Assembly: GCA_021613535.1 (NCBI GenBank)
Contig: CP075495.1
Location: 14,756,001 to 14,820,000, forward strand
DNA: 64,000 nucleotides
Reading direction: 5' to 3'
Origin: Adineta vaga
Lineage: Eukaryota > Animalia > Rotifera
Program-made: the position numbers and the translations under genes
The notes under the pieces: model-generated
What the model was told of the DNA's origin: nothing
What the model saw: the letters and a program-made list of their open reading frames with translations, nothing else
The model's database searches: none
Shown: positions 38,707-53,293 of the stretch, piece by piece
Numbering within the stretch: position 1 is the first letter of the stretch
Layout: the number at the start of each line of letters is the position of its first letter

Positions 38707-41700
38707 TCACAAATTTTGTATTGGAGATGTAACAACTCGAGTCTAAACGAGAAAAATTATCTTTGACTTATTTCTGCATTCTATCGAAGTTTTGTTTTGT
38801 TTTAAATAAAACATACATTATTTGCAGGAACAGTTCACGAAGTTGCCACTGGTTCATTCACAGAAACATTTTCTTCCGTAGTAGTTACAGGTTTTGCACT
38901 TGTCTAAAGAAGATGTATATCAATGAATAAATCAGTTTTAAATAGAGATAATTATACTTCAATATTTGCACGAATTGTCGATGTTAAAGGTGGTGCAGAC
39001 ATCTTAAAAACTTCTTCCCAAAGTCCCGGTAAGAAACTATGTATTCTATCTTTTGTAATAACTGATAATGGTTGATCACCATCAAATAAACCTGTTGTAT
39101 TCATAACTAAAAGCATATTTTTCAATGATTCTCGAACCGATTCACGCTAAACGAAAAAGTTCATAGAAAAAATGCGAATATTTCCTTGTAAAAATCAATC
39201 TTACCAACATATCCGTTTGATCGGATTTTAAATATCGATCCATAAAATCTAAAATTGTTAACCAAAGTGCTGTAAATGTTGGTAATGTCAATAATGGCGA
39301 AAGATGTTGAAGAAAAATTCGACAAAGTAATTGTGAAACACGTACACGTGTTTCTTCAATACCATGATGTTGATCTATTATATTCGTTGTTTCAAGTAAT
39401 TTCAATAATAATGGAAAAAGAACTTTATTAAATACAGATTCCCATTCCGTGGGAGTTAATATATGAAGTTCAGGTAGAAGAACACTTCGTTGAAGATAAC
39501 CAAGTGCTGATGAACGAACAGGACGACGTTGATCACAACAAAGACGAGCAATACCTAAAAATTCATCATTAGAAAAACTTTTGATACAAAAATTCAATTG
39601 TATTCTTACCTTGTAAGATCGGACACCAACATTTATACCATAGAATACTTGAAGTAATTTGATCTGTTTGTCCTGTTGTTGTCTGTTTAAAGATTTGTGA
39701 TGCACGTGTATGTAAAGTATGCATTAAATCTAATAATTGTAAAGCAAGTGATTGATATTCTTGTTTAATTGCTTCTTGATCATCTTCATCATCATAATCT
39801 AATTTTGATGTTCTCGATAGATATGTTGTTTGTCCGGATTGATTCATCATTTGTTCATTGGAATTTTCATTATTTAAAGAATTTGATGATGTTATTTTAC
39901 GTATTTGTTTAAGATTTTTTGTATTCGATTTCTTTGAATTCTGTTGAGTAACTTGTTGAGTGACGGTAGCTTCAATAAATGTTCGAATACAATGAATACA
40001 ATATTCGAAATTTTCTTCCGTAACATGTGCAGAATCACGAATTAAGAATGATAAAGTTTCACATGATTTAATTAATGCACGACGATCATGTTGAGATAAT
40101 TTTTCATTTAAATCAATTTTATATTGATTTAATATTGATTGTTGAGTACGCATTGTTTCTAAATCATCATGTGAAACGACAATATAATCCGATCGACGAT
40201 AAACCTTTTTTTAATACGAGATAAAAACGAAAAGAATTTATTTGAATAAGATTTCTTACTTCACTATCACTGGTATAACCTTTATCAACTGTACTATTTG
40301 TTGCACAATCTGAACATTCATTATCTGATTCGGCATTGATAGATGATCGACTAGTAAGAACAGGTTTATCAATTGAAAGATTTTGTGTTGTCTGAAGAAC
40401 AGGTGGTGGATGTGCAGCAGCACCCACAACTTCTAATAAAGAAAATAATGTAAACCAATCATCAGATTTATGTATATTTGCTGCATTTGTTCGAAGAAGT
40501 TCATGTAAACCAAAAGCAATTTCTGATGATAAGGAATGAATGACATGTGGTTTCATTAATAATAACATTCGAAGAGAAGCAAGTACCTTAGAAATGAGAA
40601 AAAGATGAATTTATTAGAACCAAAAGGAAAATTTCTATACTTCAGATGCTAATTCTTCTCGTCGTAAAAGTCGTGCAGCAATTCTTAATAATCCAACACA
40701 TGTTCGTTCAACAAAGAATGATTTTTCATTAGCATTGACTAAAATTGAATAGAATTGATGACGAATAGTTGACCAAAATAAAGTCACACGATCACGATTT
40801 TGTAGAACAACTTTAACAAGTAATTCTAAACAAAATACTGCTGCATCTTGATCTAATTTTTGTGAATCAGGTGCTATTTGACAACCATAAAGAAGTGCTT
40901 TTAATAGTTCATTTAATGAATCAATAATTAAGAATTTTGTTTCTTGTAATAATTGTTCTAAATGACATTCTTCAATACAAGCTGTTGCAACTTTAATTGC
41001 TTCTTGTTCTTCGGATGTTGTTTGTTTATTTGATGATATTGTTGAATCAGATAAACCACCACCACCAAGAAGAAATGCAAGAGATGAAAATATACCAGTA
41101 TCACTTCTACAAAGATTTTCAAGTTTATTATTTAATCTACAAGAGAAAATGAATTTGTTTACTTTGTTATTTGAGTTGTTTGTTCTTTAATTAATGTTGT
41201 TCGACCAGTTGGATCAAGAAAATCTTCAACTTCAACAAGAACTGATGGTAATAATTTTGCTTTATATAAATGAATAATACATTCGAGAATATTCTTCCAT
41301 CCATCACGTAAAATATCGCCATGAACATGTGCTATATTGAATACAACAGTTGCTGCTAAACGTGCTTTACGATTTAAACCAAATTGTACTGGTAAATTTT
41401 CAATCCACTAAAAAAGAAATGATTCAAATATAGAAATAGAAAAACAAAACAAAACGAATCTTCTATTCTCATGCTATTAGTATCAAGACAATTATTTAAT
41501 CATACCAAATGATCGATTATCTGGAAAATGATTAAGAATTTTGGTCAATAATGAAAAATGATTCAAATGATTTACCTCACGACTATTGAGTAATGTTGTA
41601 AATTTACATAATGATATAACCAAATTATCAAAAACATCCGACATAAAATAATGTGCAGCTATTCGTGCACATTTACTAAAACCTTGAATAGATTTTTGTA

Positions 41701-44700
41701 TAACTAAATCATAATTCGATTTTTCGAAAACAAATGATAATGCAGCCATAGTTTGTCCCCAAACTAATGTAAAAATATCATAATTATATGAACCCGATGG
41801 AACATGAAGAAATTTTTCTCCTGTTATTGATGATCGTTTAAGCATTAATTTCCATAAATAAGATTCTCGAACAAGTCCTGTATGTTCAGCAGGCATAACA
41901 ATTTCATCAAATTTTATTGCATTATAAATTTCAGTTAACATTCGATCATCGAAATTTTCTTTATTATTCATTGTAGAAAGATTTCGTTTAAAATCCTAAT
42001 GAATTCAATCAAATAGATTTGCAATCGAAAGAAATTTTCTATTGAAAAATATACTTCACATGTCATGGGAGATATTTGACGACGAACATTAGTATTATGT
42101 TGATCCATCTGGAATGAAAATAATAAGCAAATAGATGTTCGTTTATATTCGATAAAATCACTTACATTAAGCATTATACAAGCATATGCTAATCCAAATG
42201 CTGCATCATTGTTTGCCAATTGAAAATTATTGCATTCCTAAAAGTATTCGATAGTAAATTTTGAATTGAATTCTCAATAGAAAAAACAAAACAAATCTTA
42301 CTCTCCAATGTGAGGCAAAATGTTCGAGTAATGAACTGATCAATGGTGCTTCACCAGGTAAACGAAATTCTGATAAATACATTCTCAATGCTTCGTCAAC
42401 TCTCAAATCTTCGAAATTAAATGTTCTATAATAAAAAAAAGAAAAGAAAAATCTTCTTGAAAATCATAAAAATCTTACTTGACATATTGTTCAAGTATAT
42501 TGACGTTTTTTCTATTGGATAAATATTCTCCAATAATTTTCTTATCTAACATTGGATTATCTTTAAGAAATTTAACAATTTCTGTAATTTGTAATGGATT
42601 CGTTAAGATTTGATTTTCTTGAAGAAAATTAATTCCTAATGATGGATTTTGATTGAATAATTCTGAACCTTGTTTAAGAATCTATGCAAAAGAAATCAAT
42701 GGAAAATCTTAGTTTTAGAAAAAATAAAAATAAAAAACCTTTTTATCATGTTTAATTTTCTTCAAATCATCTTGTAATGGTAAATTCGATGAAATTATCA
42801 TTCGATTTTGTCGAACTTTTGGTCCATGACGAGATTCTCGTGGTGTTATTGAACGATTTATGTCAATATTTTGTAAGGATAAAGCAAGTGCATATCCGGA
42901 TGGAACTGGTCGAGTTAACGATTGACTTGTTGCTAAATTAAAAAAAAAGAGCATAAAGGAATTCTTTTTATTGAATTAATAATAATTTTACAATCATTTT
43001 TTTGTCGTTGAACTTGAAATTGACATTCTAATTCAATATGATCAATAACAGAAAGTAATGCATCGAGAGAAAGAATATGTGTGGATGTTAAACCACCCAC
43101 AGGAAAAGCATTTTTCGATAACATTTTTGTTAATTCTTCGAATAAATTTGGTAAATATGAATCACAATCATAATTTAAATATAATTCAGCTGGTAAACCA
43201 GGTATACGAAGTAATTGAACGATTGTTTCTAAACCTATTTCTTTTTGTTCATAAGTTACTTTCGATTGTTCAGATACAATTAATTCCATTAAACGTGTTA
43301 GAAAAAACTAAAAGAAAAATATTCATTTTAAAGGTCAAAAAAACAAACATTTCATCATACTTCGAATTGATATTTTAAATGAGTTCGTAAACTTTCAAAT
43401 ATAAGAAATGTTACACGAAGTGAAGCAGAAAATAACTGAATACGATTGCAACTTAACATCTGAAAAGAAGAAAATAAAAATTGATTTTGTATCGAATGAA
43501 ATATTGAACTTACACTTAATAAATTTCGACAGAGTGAATCTTTAACAATCGAAAGTAATAGAGGATAATTGGCAATATGATCGGCACCAACTTCTAAGGC
43601 AACAGTTAAAAGATTGAGACCAACTGTCATCATATATTCAGTATTATTTCTATAAAGATACAAAGAATAGAAATGATATTTAGAAAAATGTATTTTAATC
43701 TACTTGTCATAATTATTGATGAGAGTAGTTAAGAAACGAAATAGACCACGAACACAAGGCCAACCATATGGTGTTAATGGTTCTAAAATAGAATTAAATT
43801 GATAGATATATTAATAGTAAGATTGAGTATATTTAAATTGATTTACCTTTCACAGGTCCACTAGCAGCAGGTGTTGTGGGTGTTGTTGTAAATCGAATAC
43901 CTCTTGGATTGATATATTCACTATTATTTGTTGTTGTTTGTGTTGTTGATGTTTGATCAGTTATTTCTTGTGATTGTTGTTCTTCTTCTGAAGTTGTAAT
44001 TGATGGTTCATTAGTAAGAATTATTCTAGGTGATGATTCATCAAATGAGGGAACAATAATAGGTAAAATTGTTTCATTCGTTGATTCAGCTTCATTATTC
44101 ACTATGGTTGGATCTATCGGTGCTGATGGTGGAATAGCATGAGTTGCTGTTTCAATCGCTGTTGGACGTTCATTATCATCAGTTTGAGATGACTAAAAAC
44201 ATATTAATCAATTAAATTTACAACTCTTTTTTTTTTAAAGAAAACTTCTTTACATAAATTGAATTTGTTTCTGATGCAGATGATGTTCGTTCTGTAATAA
44301 GAGAAATTAATTAAGATAAAAAAACGAAGATTATCTAAACAAATCTTCATACCATTTGTTTGAGATTCATTGATCTGTTGCTTTTTTATCGATGATATTG
44401 AATTTACTCGTTGTTGTGATCGACGTCGATTACTTGACGTATCACTACTACTTGTTGTAGTTGTTATTCCTCGTGCATGTAGCTGAATTGCAAACAAACA
44501 TATATATGTATATATAGAAAAACAAGGAATAAAACTCGTTATTATTTTTACTCGTTTCGTTAATGTTGATGATGTGCCATCATCTTTAAATTGTGGTAAT
44601 CGTGCGAATAATAATTGTACCATATCAATCAGAACATGTTCAGAAGTTTTACGTAATAATTCTAATGAAAGAAAGATCGTTTAAAGAAAGTCAGTAGTGT

Positions 44701-45473
44701 AATTTTACCAGATAATCGTGTTTCAAAACAGATTCGAAAACAAGATTGAAGAATTTCACATACACTATCATTGGTCATTTTTGATCCAACAGGACTGAGT
44801 AATAATGAACGAAGAACCTATGAAAGACAGAAATGAATTTGTATTTGAAAACAATACAATTCAATATAATACTTGTAAAATTCTCATGAGAACAACTTCA
44901 TCATCATTTGGATTTGTTCCAACAAAACGTGTATGTGTAACAGCATTTGCAACTTTATCAATAGCTGATGCTGCTGATTCACCCTGAATATCTAATCAAG
45001 AAAATATAGATTAAATAAAGTAACAAAATTGAATGAATAAAATACCAATGAGACCATATGACAGAAATTTGTTAACAGCATTTAATGCCAAACATGTAAT
45101 TGGACCAGATGTTTCTTCAGATCGAATTATATCAAGAAATGGTGTTAAAAATGTATTGGAATCAATATCTTGAAGATCTAAATGAATAATTTCAAATTGA
45201 AGATTTGGAAGATTTCTTTCTTTTCTTTTTCTTTACCAGAGACAGAATTGAGAATTGTTTTTAATTTTTGAAAAGAATTCATTTCTGGTGATTCCTAAAG
45301 AAAATCAATTTTTTATTGAAATATATAATGAGAAATACAATGAATTTTCTTAATACTTCATATGTATGAGTATTTGACCATCGAGTATTATTTTTTTTCG
45401 ATGACGTTATTGCTTGTATTTCACCCAAAATAATATAGATAGCATTTTTCGGTGCTTCAAATGGCGACGACAT
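38707..45473 (-). CDS. GBF1: Golgi brefeldin A-resistant Arf-GEF 1 (multi-exon)
   Basis: N-terminal [11 protein letters not shown]...RWS; DCB/HUS ([11 protein letters not shown]); Sec7 FRLPGEAP and [11 protein letters not shown]; HDS regions (WCPILQG, EETRVR). Confidence 0.95.
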
Positions 45474-46516
45474 CTTCGATTGACGATACGACAACCAACT
45501 AGAAGAACGTTTATGATGATCAAAATGGTCAATCTAAGAAGAGAATCTTCATTGAATGACAAATCATTTTTTATTGAAATTGAAACTCTAGTAAAATAGA
45601 AGAATATTGATCTGATCTACTTGTTAGTCTATAATTTACCATTCAAATACTTTCCTCAAGAACCAATCAAAACATCGAAGCTTTTCTAGTGTCGCTAGTT
45701 ACTTACTCGATCCAATTTTACATTGTCAGTTCCAAGAGAATCTATCAGATAGTCGTCCATTGTTGTCTTCAAAGTAGATTAATTAATTGATTTAGATGGA
45801 GATATTTGCAATATTTTGTATGAGAAAGACGAGAAGAAAATGAGTTATATACGTGAGCATTGTTTATTGCCACGTTTCAACTTTTTTACATTGGACACGT
45901 TGCAACGCTTCTTCTTAAATCATTTATTGAATAAAATATTTATTTAATAGTTACCGTTGTCATTCGAACAAAATTACGAGATGAATAGCAATGATGTTAT
46001 CATCTTCGGAAATGATATTTTTCCAGATGATGTAAGAATAAGAACTATCTTATTGATATTGGACTAATCAATCAATAACCTTAATAACCGCGTTTTTATT
46101 ATAGAAAAACATCCGTTTCGTATTCTCAGTCTTTGCCGAGAGAGAAACCGTGGAGGATAATTTATGAATTATTTTTCAAATGGTATTTGTGGTATTGTGT
46201 AGTACACTTCTGATTATTTTTTTATATGAATCATTGCTTTAATCTGTGAATAGTGTTATTCTTACACTTTCTTATTTATCTCAAACAGAATAATCTTCTA
46301 TTTCATATTGTTTTTTCTCGATTAAAAATAAAATAAATGATAGTTTGCTTTATTTTGACACTCAAATCCTCTTTTTTGATTTCAATCTAATAGTTCTAAA
46401 TCAAGAAGATTAAGAAGAAAAAAATAAAGACGTAACAGGTGCACAAAATCACAGAGAGAAAAACTTTCATCATAAGACATTGTACATTGGTATATGAAAG
46501 ACGAACGAGTTTTCAC

Positions 46517-48083
46517 ATGATTTTACCTATGTTACTTCAACATCCCGATCTAGTTGTTATTACAACTGGAATTATTTTACTTACATTTCTATTACTTACA
46601 CCTCTTGGTATCTATTTATGTCTACGTTATGTACGTTATAAAAAACGATCGAATATTGCTATTGCAAAAAAACGTTTAATTTATTCATCACCTGCATCAG
46701 TCGAACCACAAATTCCAATAAAAGCAACCAATCATTTTGTTTTTCCATTATCAAAATTGGAAAATTCAGCCATATCAACTCAAGTTATCAATGAAACAGG
46801 TTCACCATTTTCAGAAAATACATCAAACTATAGAAGCTTTGATATGACAAAACGAGCTCAACGACATTTATCATCAGATTCTTCCTATACAAGTTCCAGT
46901 CATCGTCGTTCTTATCCACTTCCATCATTTTCCTTCGATACAATTAAATCTAAAATTCAACAAGTTCAACGTCGTTCATCACCATTATCAACACGTCGAT
47001 TAGAACCGATTGATTCAGAATTAGTTTCCATAACACATTCATCCGATTCAGATGAGCCCGATACTGAATCATTACCTGTTTCATCTTTTGAATATTCTCT
47101 AACTGAATTATTTCGTATTGATTTAGTCTATAAATTACATTATTCAATCGATGATAATCAATTATATTTTCAAATTCTTCGTTTAAATTGTATTCAACCA
47201 TTAATTGAACGTTGTTTTCCATCTTTTATTTGTAAAATTCGTTTATATACAAATAATGATAAACGAAAAACAAAAAAATATTTCTCAAAAAAAGATCCAA
47301 TGAATGAAATATTTAAATTTGACTTGGATCAATATACATTAGAAGATAGTTATTTAAAAATTCATGTCTTAGGACATCATAAAAATGATAAACGAATTGA
47401 ATTAGGACATACAATTCTTCTTCTGAATCAATATGATAATCTTATGATACGTTCTGGACATCATGACGATGGAGGATTACAAGCAAGTGAACAGCACATG
47501 AAATCAATACAAATTTATGAAGAACGAATCGATATGATTACACAACAACAAGGAAATTTGACGGAAAATGAAGCTCGAGCATTGATTTGTTTAGCTTATG
47601 AAAATGATCGATGTTTACTTCAAGTTGGTTTAATTAAAGTTTTAGGAATTCAATCTTTATTAAAAATTCCTCCCAGTGGTGGCCATTCTAATCATCGAGG
47701 TAGGTCGAATTTCATTTTTACTTGTCGTCTAGTGAATATTTTCTTTTTTACTAGATTTAATTCAAATCAAAATTTGTACAATTGTCGATGGAAAAATAAC
47801 TGGTAAACATAAATCGAAAGCTATTCCACTTGATAAAAATGTTTTTACATTTAATTGTTCATTTCATTTGGAATATCTTCTTCTTCATAAAACATCTGTA
47901 CGTATAACAATTTGTTATCGAAAAACTTTAATGAGTTCGCAAAATAAAATTCTATCAATGATCGAATTTGGTTCAGCACAAATTAAGAATCAACAAATAT
48001 TTCAACATTGGACAGATACATTATCGTCACCAAATCGACCACATGTTCATTGGCATACACTTCAAGTGATTGACAGTAAATAA
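46517..48083 (+). CDS. Synaptotagmin-like protein (TM plus two divergent C2 domains)
   Basis: N-terminal TM, Ser-rich linker, C2A, C2B across an intron at ~47700-47754, C-terminal HWTDTLSSPNRPHVHWHTL. Confidence 0.8.
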
Positions 48084-48148
48084 TGAAGAAGAAAAATGAA
48101 AACGTTTCGAAATCGTTTTTTTTCTTTTCAATTTGAAATAAAAGTTTA

Positions 48149-48360
48149 TTATTGTGGTTTTGTTCGAGAGTCAAATTGTTCTTCATAGGAATTGCTTAGA
48201 TTTATTTCAGAATTAACTGATGGTAATTCTTCAGGAATATTATTTGCTTGTTCTTCTGTTATTTCTAAACGAAAAGCTGTTTGAAAGATTTATATTGAGT
48301 AAAAAAACGAATCTTACTCTTATGTGTTAATGGATCCGATCCGTAATAATAACAATCCAT
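48149..48360 (-). CDS. Possible spliced 52-aa acidic microprotein
   Basis: MDCYYYGSDPLTHK|KITEEQANNIPEELP...RTKPQ-stop joined by a GT-AG intron; a further upstream intron at ~48382-48436. Confidence 0.4.
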
Positions 48361-49205
48361 GCTCAATTATTTTGTTGTAATTCTAAAGAAAAACAATTTG
48401 TATTGTTATGATTAGAAAAATAGAAATAGAAATACTTAGAATTAATATTTAGATCACTGAAATAATCTTCCATCCATTTAATCTATAGTCTATTTAAAAA
48501 AAGTATTTGGTACGTATTTTTATTCCTTCTTCAGTGCCCGCGAATCGTTCGAGCATTACTCTTCTCTCCTGTCGAACAATGTCTACAGACTACTCATGGC
48601 CATTGACATACAATCACATTACTGTCCGGTATTTTATCTACGGATAAAGTGTTTAAATATAGATTTCAGAGAATAAATATATCAAAACTGACATTGGATG
48701 AGTTTGTTGGATTTTATTTGTATATGAAACGATTGCGTATGGTATATCAAAATATAAGCATCGGATTTATCTTTTCTTACATATTAACATATGGATCCAT
48801 AAGATTCTCATTTCTCTGATCAAATTACAGAAATAATAAATATACAAAACGAGTTAATCATTTCTTTATTAAAGAAATTTGTTTTACAGGTCAAACAACT
48901 GATATCCTGTTAAATTTATTGACTTCTGTTAAACTCACTGCGATAAATTTTCATATAGAAAATCAAATATTTTCTTTTCGTCAGTTGTTATTCAATTCTA
49001 TGTATGACCAAAGATCAAGAAGTTTCATTCTTTCGATCCAGGTAAACTTCTATAACATCGAAATCTAAAGAAAAGGCTTAGCATCTCTTTTCATTACAAA
49101 GAGATGTTTTTTTTCTTTTGACGTTTAAATAAATATACAAGAAAAGAAGAAAAAGAGAAGCGATAAAACTATCAGTAATCAAAGATTTCTCAATAAACAT
49201 TGATT

Positions 49206-50012
49206 ATGTTATTCGATCGAGTTATCCTCGTTTTTCTTCTCTATCTAATTCCATTTGCCTCTACACTTCAATGTACAATCAATTGTTCATTTAAATCTGA
49301 ACTGAATTCATTATTTGAGATTCCGAATTCTTGCAATGAAACTTCTTTGTCCAAATTATGTACTTTTCGAATGTCCTACTGGTATCATAAATATTATTCC
49401 TATCTTTCATTCGATTTTGATCGATCAAATTCATCATCAGTTAAGTATTATTCAACTTCAATTAGATTAGCTGACGATGGTTCAATTGGTTTTGATTATA
49501 CTATTAGTCATCAATGTGATCAAACAGATGATTGTGCAATGAAATTTGCAAAAACGAATATACCAAATTTACTTCGTCGTTTAAATTTCAATTATACAGA
49601 TCTTCGAGATGAACTTTGGCCACTTCTTGTATCAAAAACATCGATTGATGATGTCGATCTTTCATGTTTTGATTCCAAGGCAAATATCCGTCAATGTGCA
49701 TTGGTGAAGAAACCTGGCCTATGTCAAGCAACACAACAATTACGAGGAAGAAAACGAATGGATCGTAGTTGTAATCAACAATTATTTTCCAATGAAAAAA
49801 CGGTTAGTATGTTCGATTTTGGTAGTTTTGCTAATTTAGAATTAAAATGTAATCGATCATTATGTAATGGACCAATGACATTTGATACGGTCAAAGAAAT
49901 TCTATTTAAATATAATATAACAAAAACAATTGATGGACAATTAAATCAAGGAATACGATGTTATTCATTATCATTTTTAGTTTTTGTCTTGATTAGCATT
50001 CATCTATTGTAA
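49206..50012 (+). CDS. Cys-rich secreted, probably GPI-anchored surface protein
   Basis: Signal peptide, 14 Cys, CDQTDDC and CNRSLCN motifs (LU-like), hydrophobic C-terminus. Confidence 0.7.
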   Translation: MLFDRVILVFLLYLIPFASTLQCTINCSFKSELNSLFEIPNSCNETSLSKLCTFRMSYWYHKYYSYLSFDFDRSNSSSVKYYSTSIRLADDGSIGFDYTISHQCDQTDDCAMKFAKTNIPNLLRRLNFNYTDLRDELWPLLVSKTSIDDVDLSCFDSKANIRQCALVKKPGLCQATQQLRGRKRMDRSCNQQLFSNEKTVSMFDFGSFANLELKCNRSLCNGPMTFDTVKEILFKYNITKTIDGQLNQGIRCYSLSFLVFVLISIHLL

Positions 50013-50152
50013 TTGTGAAGAAGAAAACCGATATTTGAAATAAAATAAAAAAAGAATCTGAAAAACAGGCAAGAAAACAATGTTAATTTCTTATATTTCA
50101 TAAAGAAAAAAACAAAAACAAAAACACGGAATTTCTTTTTTTGTTCTTCTTC

Positions 50153-50653
50153 TTAAAGTTGAAGAATAAATTGTCCATTAGGTTCATGAAATTGTCTACC
50201 AACATATGTAATCCATGCTGGTATTCCTACAATTAATGTTAATCCTAATAAACCTAAATCTGCAAGTAAAAATCTTGCTGAAAGAACATCAAATCCTTGC
50301 AAATGATTAACTTCATATGTGACACAGCCAATCAGAAATAGATTAATTAAATTCACAACAAATGTTATATAAGCATGACTTGTTGCATAGATATGATATT
50401 GTCGACCAAGAATATATGAAAATACTAATGGAAGAAGAAGAATTCCAAGAAGAACAATGAGAAAACCAAGTGCAATTAATGATGCAAATATAAACAAATA
50501 ATCAGATGAAATGAAAATAAATGTTGTATTAACAATTAATAGAATTAAACCAGTTAATGTATGATAGAAAGCTAAACAACCAGCTAAATTTCCCCAACAA
50601 ACACCAGATTTCCAATTGGAATTATTATAAACAATGTTTGAATCACTTTCCAT
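50153..50653 (-). CDS. Four-TM membrane protein, unknown function
   Basis: 166-aa ORF with four hydrophobic helices. Confidence 0.7.
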   Translation of the reverse strand: MESDSNIVYNNSNWKSGVCWGNLAGCLAFYHTLTGLILLIVNTTFIFISSDYLFIFASLIALGFLIVLLGILLLPLVFSYILGRQYHIYATSHAYITFVVNLINLFLIGCVTYEVNHLQGFDVLSARFLLADLGLLGLTLIVGIPAWITYVGRQFHEPNGQFILQL

Positions 50654-52319
50654 TGAATAGATATATATTTATCTCTTTTCAAGAAAACAACTAATACGAA
50701 TGAATAAACAAAACCTTACACATATCGAAAGAATAGTGAATCATCATATTCGATCAACTTTCATTGGATATATTATTAAATCTTTACTCGATAATAAACA
50801 ATGGAATAGATCACACTCTTGAACGTTATATTCATATTCTTAAAATAGAAATCTATAAATAAATCTGAACTCGATGTGTTTTTTTTTCCATCGATCTATG
50901 TTTATTCGTATAATAAGGTGAATAGAATTTTTATCTCAATGATCAAGATACAAAATATATCGCCTTCATTATTGTTGTTGTTTTTTCGTGATTCAGAGAG
51001 AAAATTTGTTCTTAATTATAATAATCTACTAGAAATTCATGTTTTTCCTGACATAAAGATTTGTCTTTTTTTGTGCCAGATGTTGCGAGATATTAACTGA
51101 ATCAAGTTTGTTCCGTTGAATAACAGAAGGAGAAAAAAAAAGAATCAATATTTTTGCTCTTTTATTGTCATGTTTTGACTGGAATTTAAACTTGCATTGT
51201 TCGTAGGAGGAGGAGAGAGATTAGATTGACAAGCATTTAAATGACAGTTTGTCATTAGTTCTTCCGATTAGATTATTATGTTTAATGGTACGAAAATTTG
51301 AATTTTTTTCTTTCCTCGATTTTCAGTAGAATTTGTTCTGGAAAAAAAGTGAGTACATTTTAAAAATAGAAGATTAATTCTTGATGTTATTGTAATTTTT
51401 AACATTGACATAATAATATTTACCTGTCATCGATGAACTTATGATAGATATTCAATGTTCTTTTCATATATTCTCGTGACTTGTCGAAGAAAGTTTTAGA
51501 CATCAACAATACTAAAAGAACATTTCTTTCTTTATCGATGATGAAAAGAAGACAATACGTAAATCTTCTATATTGTTAATTATTTTCTTCTTTTGGTGGC
51601 AGTTTTCTAATTAAATTCAATTTGTTATAATCACACGTGAGTTTGTCTCTGACGTCAGGATGATTCTTTTTATTTTATTATGTTGTACTTAAATAATAAT
51701 TAGTCATTTCTTATCTAACGACATTGTCTTATGTACATGTATAAGAAGCATCAGTCTTTTCTTAGATTATCTCAAGAGATTCGATATTCTATTCCCTTGT
51801 TTATCATCTGAAAGTACTTTCCTTGAGTACCGATGCAAATTTAGTTGACCCATAAACTTAAACAAACAGATCTGTTTTCTTTTTCGAGAATTTTCTATTC
51901 GATTTGTTCTATTATCATTTATAAGCTAATATATGATAATTGAATTTGATAGAATCGTCAAAATTTCCACCCACAAATGCATAATCTTTTCTCAAGAGAA
52001 TTTCAATAATCATCTTTATACTTAAAAGATATTTGCAAGAAACAAAAATTGACAACTGATGACATATGAATTCCAGAAAAACATTCTTCTTCGTCTTCTT
52101 CTTATGGAATAAAAACAAAGCAGGTAGTTCAGCTGTTTTTCTTTCCTAACGGAAAATTCTTCTTCTCTTTCTCTTTTTCGTCTCCCCCTCCTACATCTAG
52201 ACAAGTTTTTCTCTTTAGTTTCTCCATATTTCCGTCTGTATACATGATGAGAATACGCATATTTAACTGTTATTCACTTCTTTAACATAACTCGTACCCG
52301 CTTTTATAATATTAAAAAA

Positions 52320-52480
52320 ATAGTGCCCTCATTTTTCCATTTGTTTTTGAATATTTAACTTTTTTATCAACTATATGTAAAGCGGCTTTTTACCTGATTC
52401 ATAGTGCCCACATTTTTCCATTTGTTTTTGAATATTTAACTTGTTTTATCCACTATATGTAAAGCGGCTTTCTACCTGAT
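52320..52480. repeat. ~80-bp direct tandem duplication (2 copies)
   Basis: ATAGTGCCC..ATTTTTCCATTTGTTTTTGAATATTTAAC...GTAAAGCGGCTTT.TACCTGATT occurs at ~52320 and ~52401 with few differences. Confidence 0.92.
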
Positions 52481-53293
52481 TTTTTTTCTTCTTTTAAAAC
52501 AATAGCTAGATGAGAACTAATCGAGATAATTACTTTTCTGCTAAGAACTTGTAGTGAATAGCATATAAACAGAGATCACTTAAGAATATACGGGTAAAAA
52601 GACAAATACATGTCATCATATCATCTTGACTTTTGTTGTATGAAGAAAACCTCTATTTTATATATACATCTATCTATGAGTATTTGACATTTATTAAGAG
52701 AAGACGAGTATTTATGATTTTTTCTTTTATTGAGTCATCTTTTTTTTCTGACGTTTTTTATTATTTTAATCAGTCACTAGATATCAAGATATTTATCAAT
52801 ATAGAGAATAATATTTTTCTTCTTTGTCAAGATTTTTGTCAATAGAAAAGTTTTAGAGAGATTTTCATGATAAAGACCGAGAAAGGAAAAGCCATGTGTA
52901 ATGAAGGAAGTAGAAATTGACGTTATGACAAAATTTCAATGCATGATTTATTGTTTTTGTAAAGAAAATCAGCAGTAGTCATCGCAGACTATAAAATAAT
53001 TAGAATCATTTTAGTTTCATTCATTTATTCAAATGTGTTCATGTCGATATAATTCAAGAGAACAAGTTTCTTTTTCTCCCCCTTCTTTTCTCTCCGATCA
53101 TTCGTTTCGTGAAGATCTAATCCTTGACTATAAACAAGTGTGTTCTTTATGTGTTGATTGAGAATAAATTCAATTTTATATTAATCAAAAAAGAAAAAAA
53201 CAAGAATAAAGTAATGCTGATTAGATTTTTCTAGATGTTAAAAATTCATTAATCAAATTTTCAAAAACAAAAACAAAAACAAAATCTACAAAA

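Noticed and set aside
52320-52480. Direct repeat as a CRISPR array or LTR
   Set aside because: Two adjacent copies with no spacer, in a eukaryotic context; a simple tandem duplication.
50700-53250. Short AT-rich ORFs and a possible mobile element in the long intergenic region
   Set aside because: No transposase, terminal repeats or coding signal seen; likely UTR, intron or regulatory DNA.
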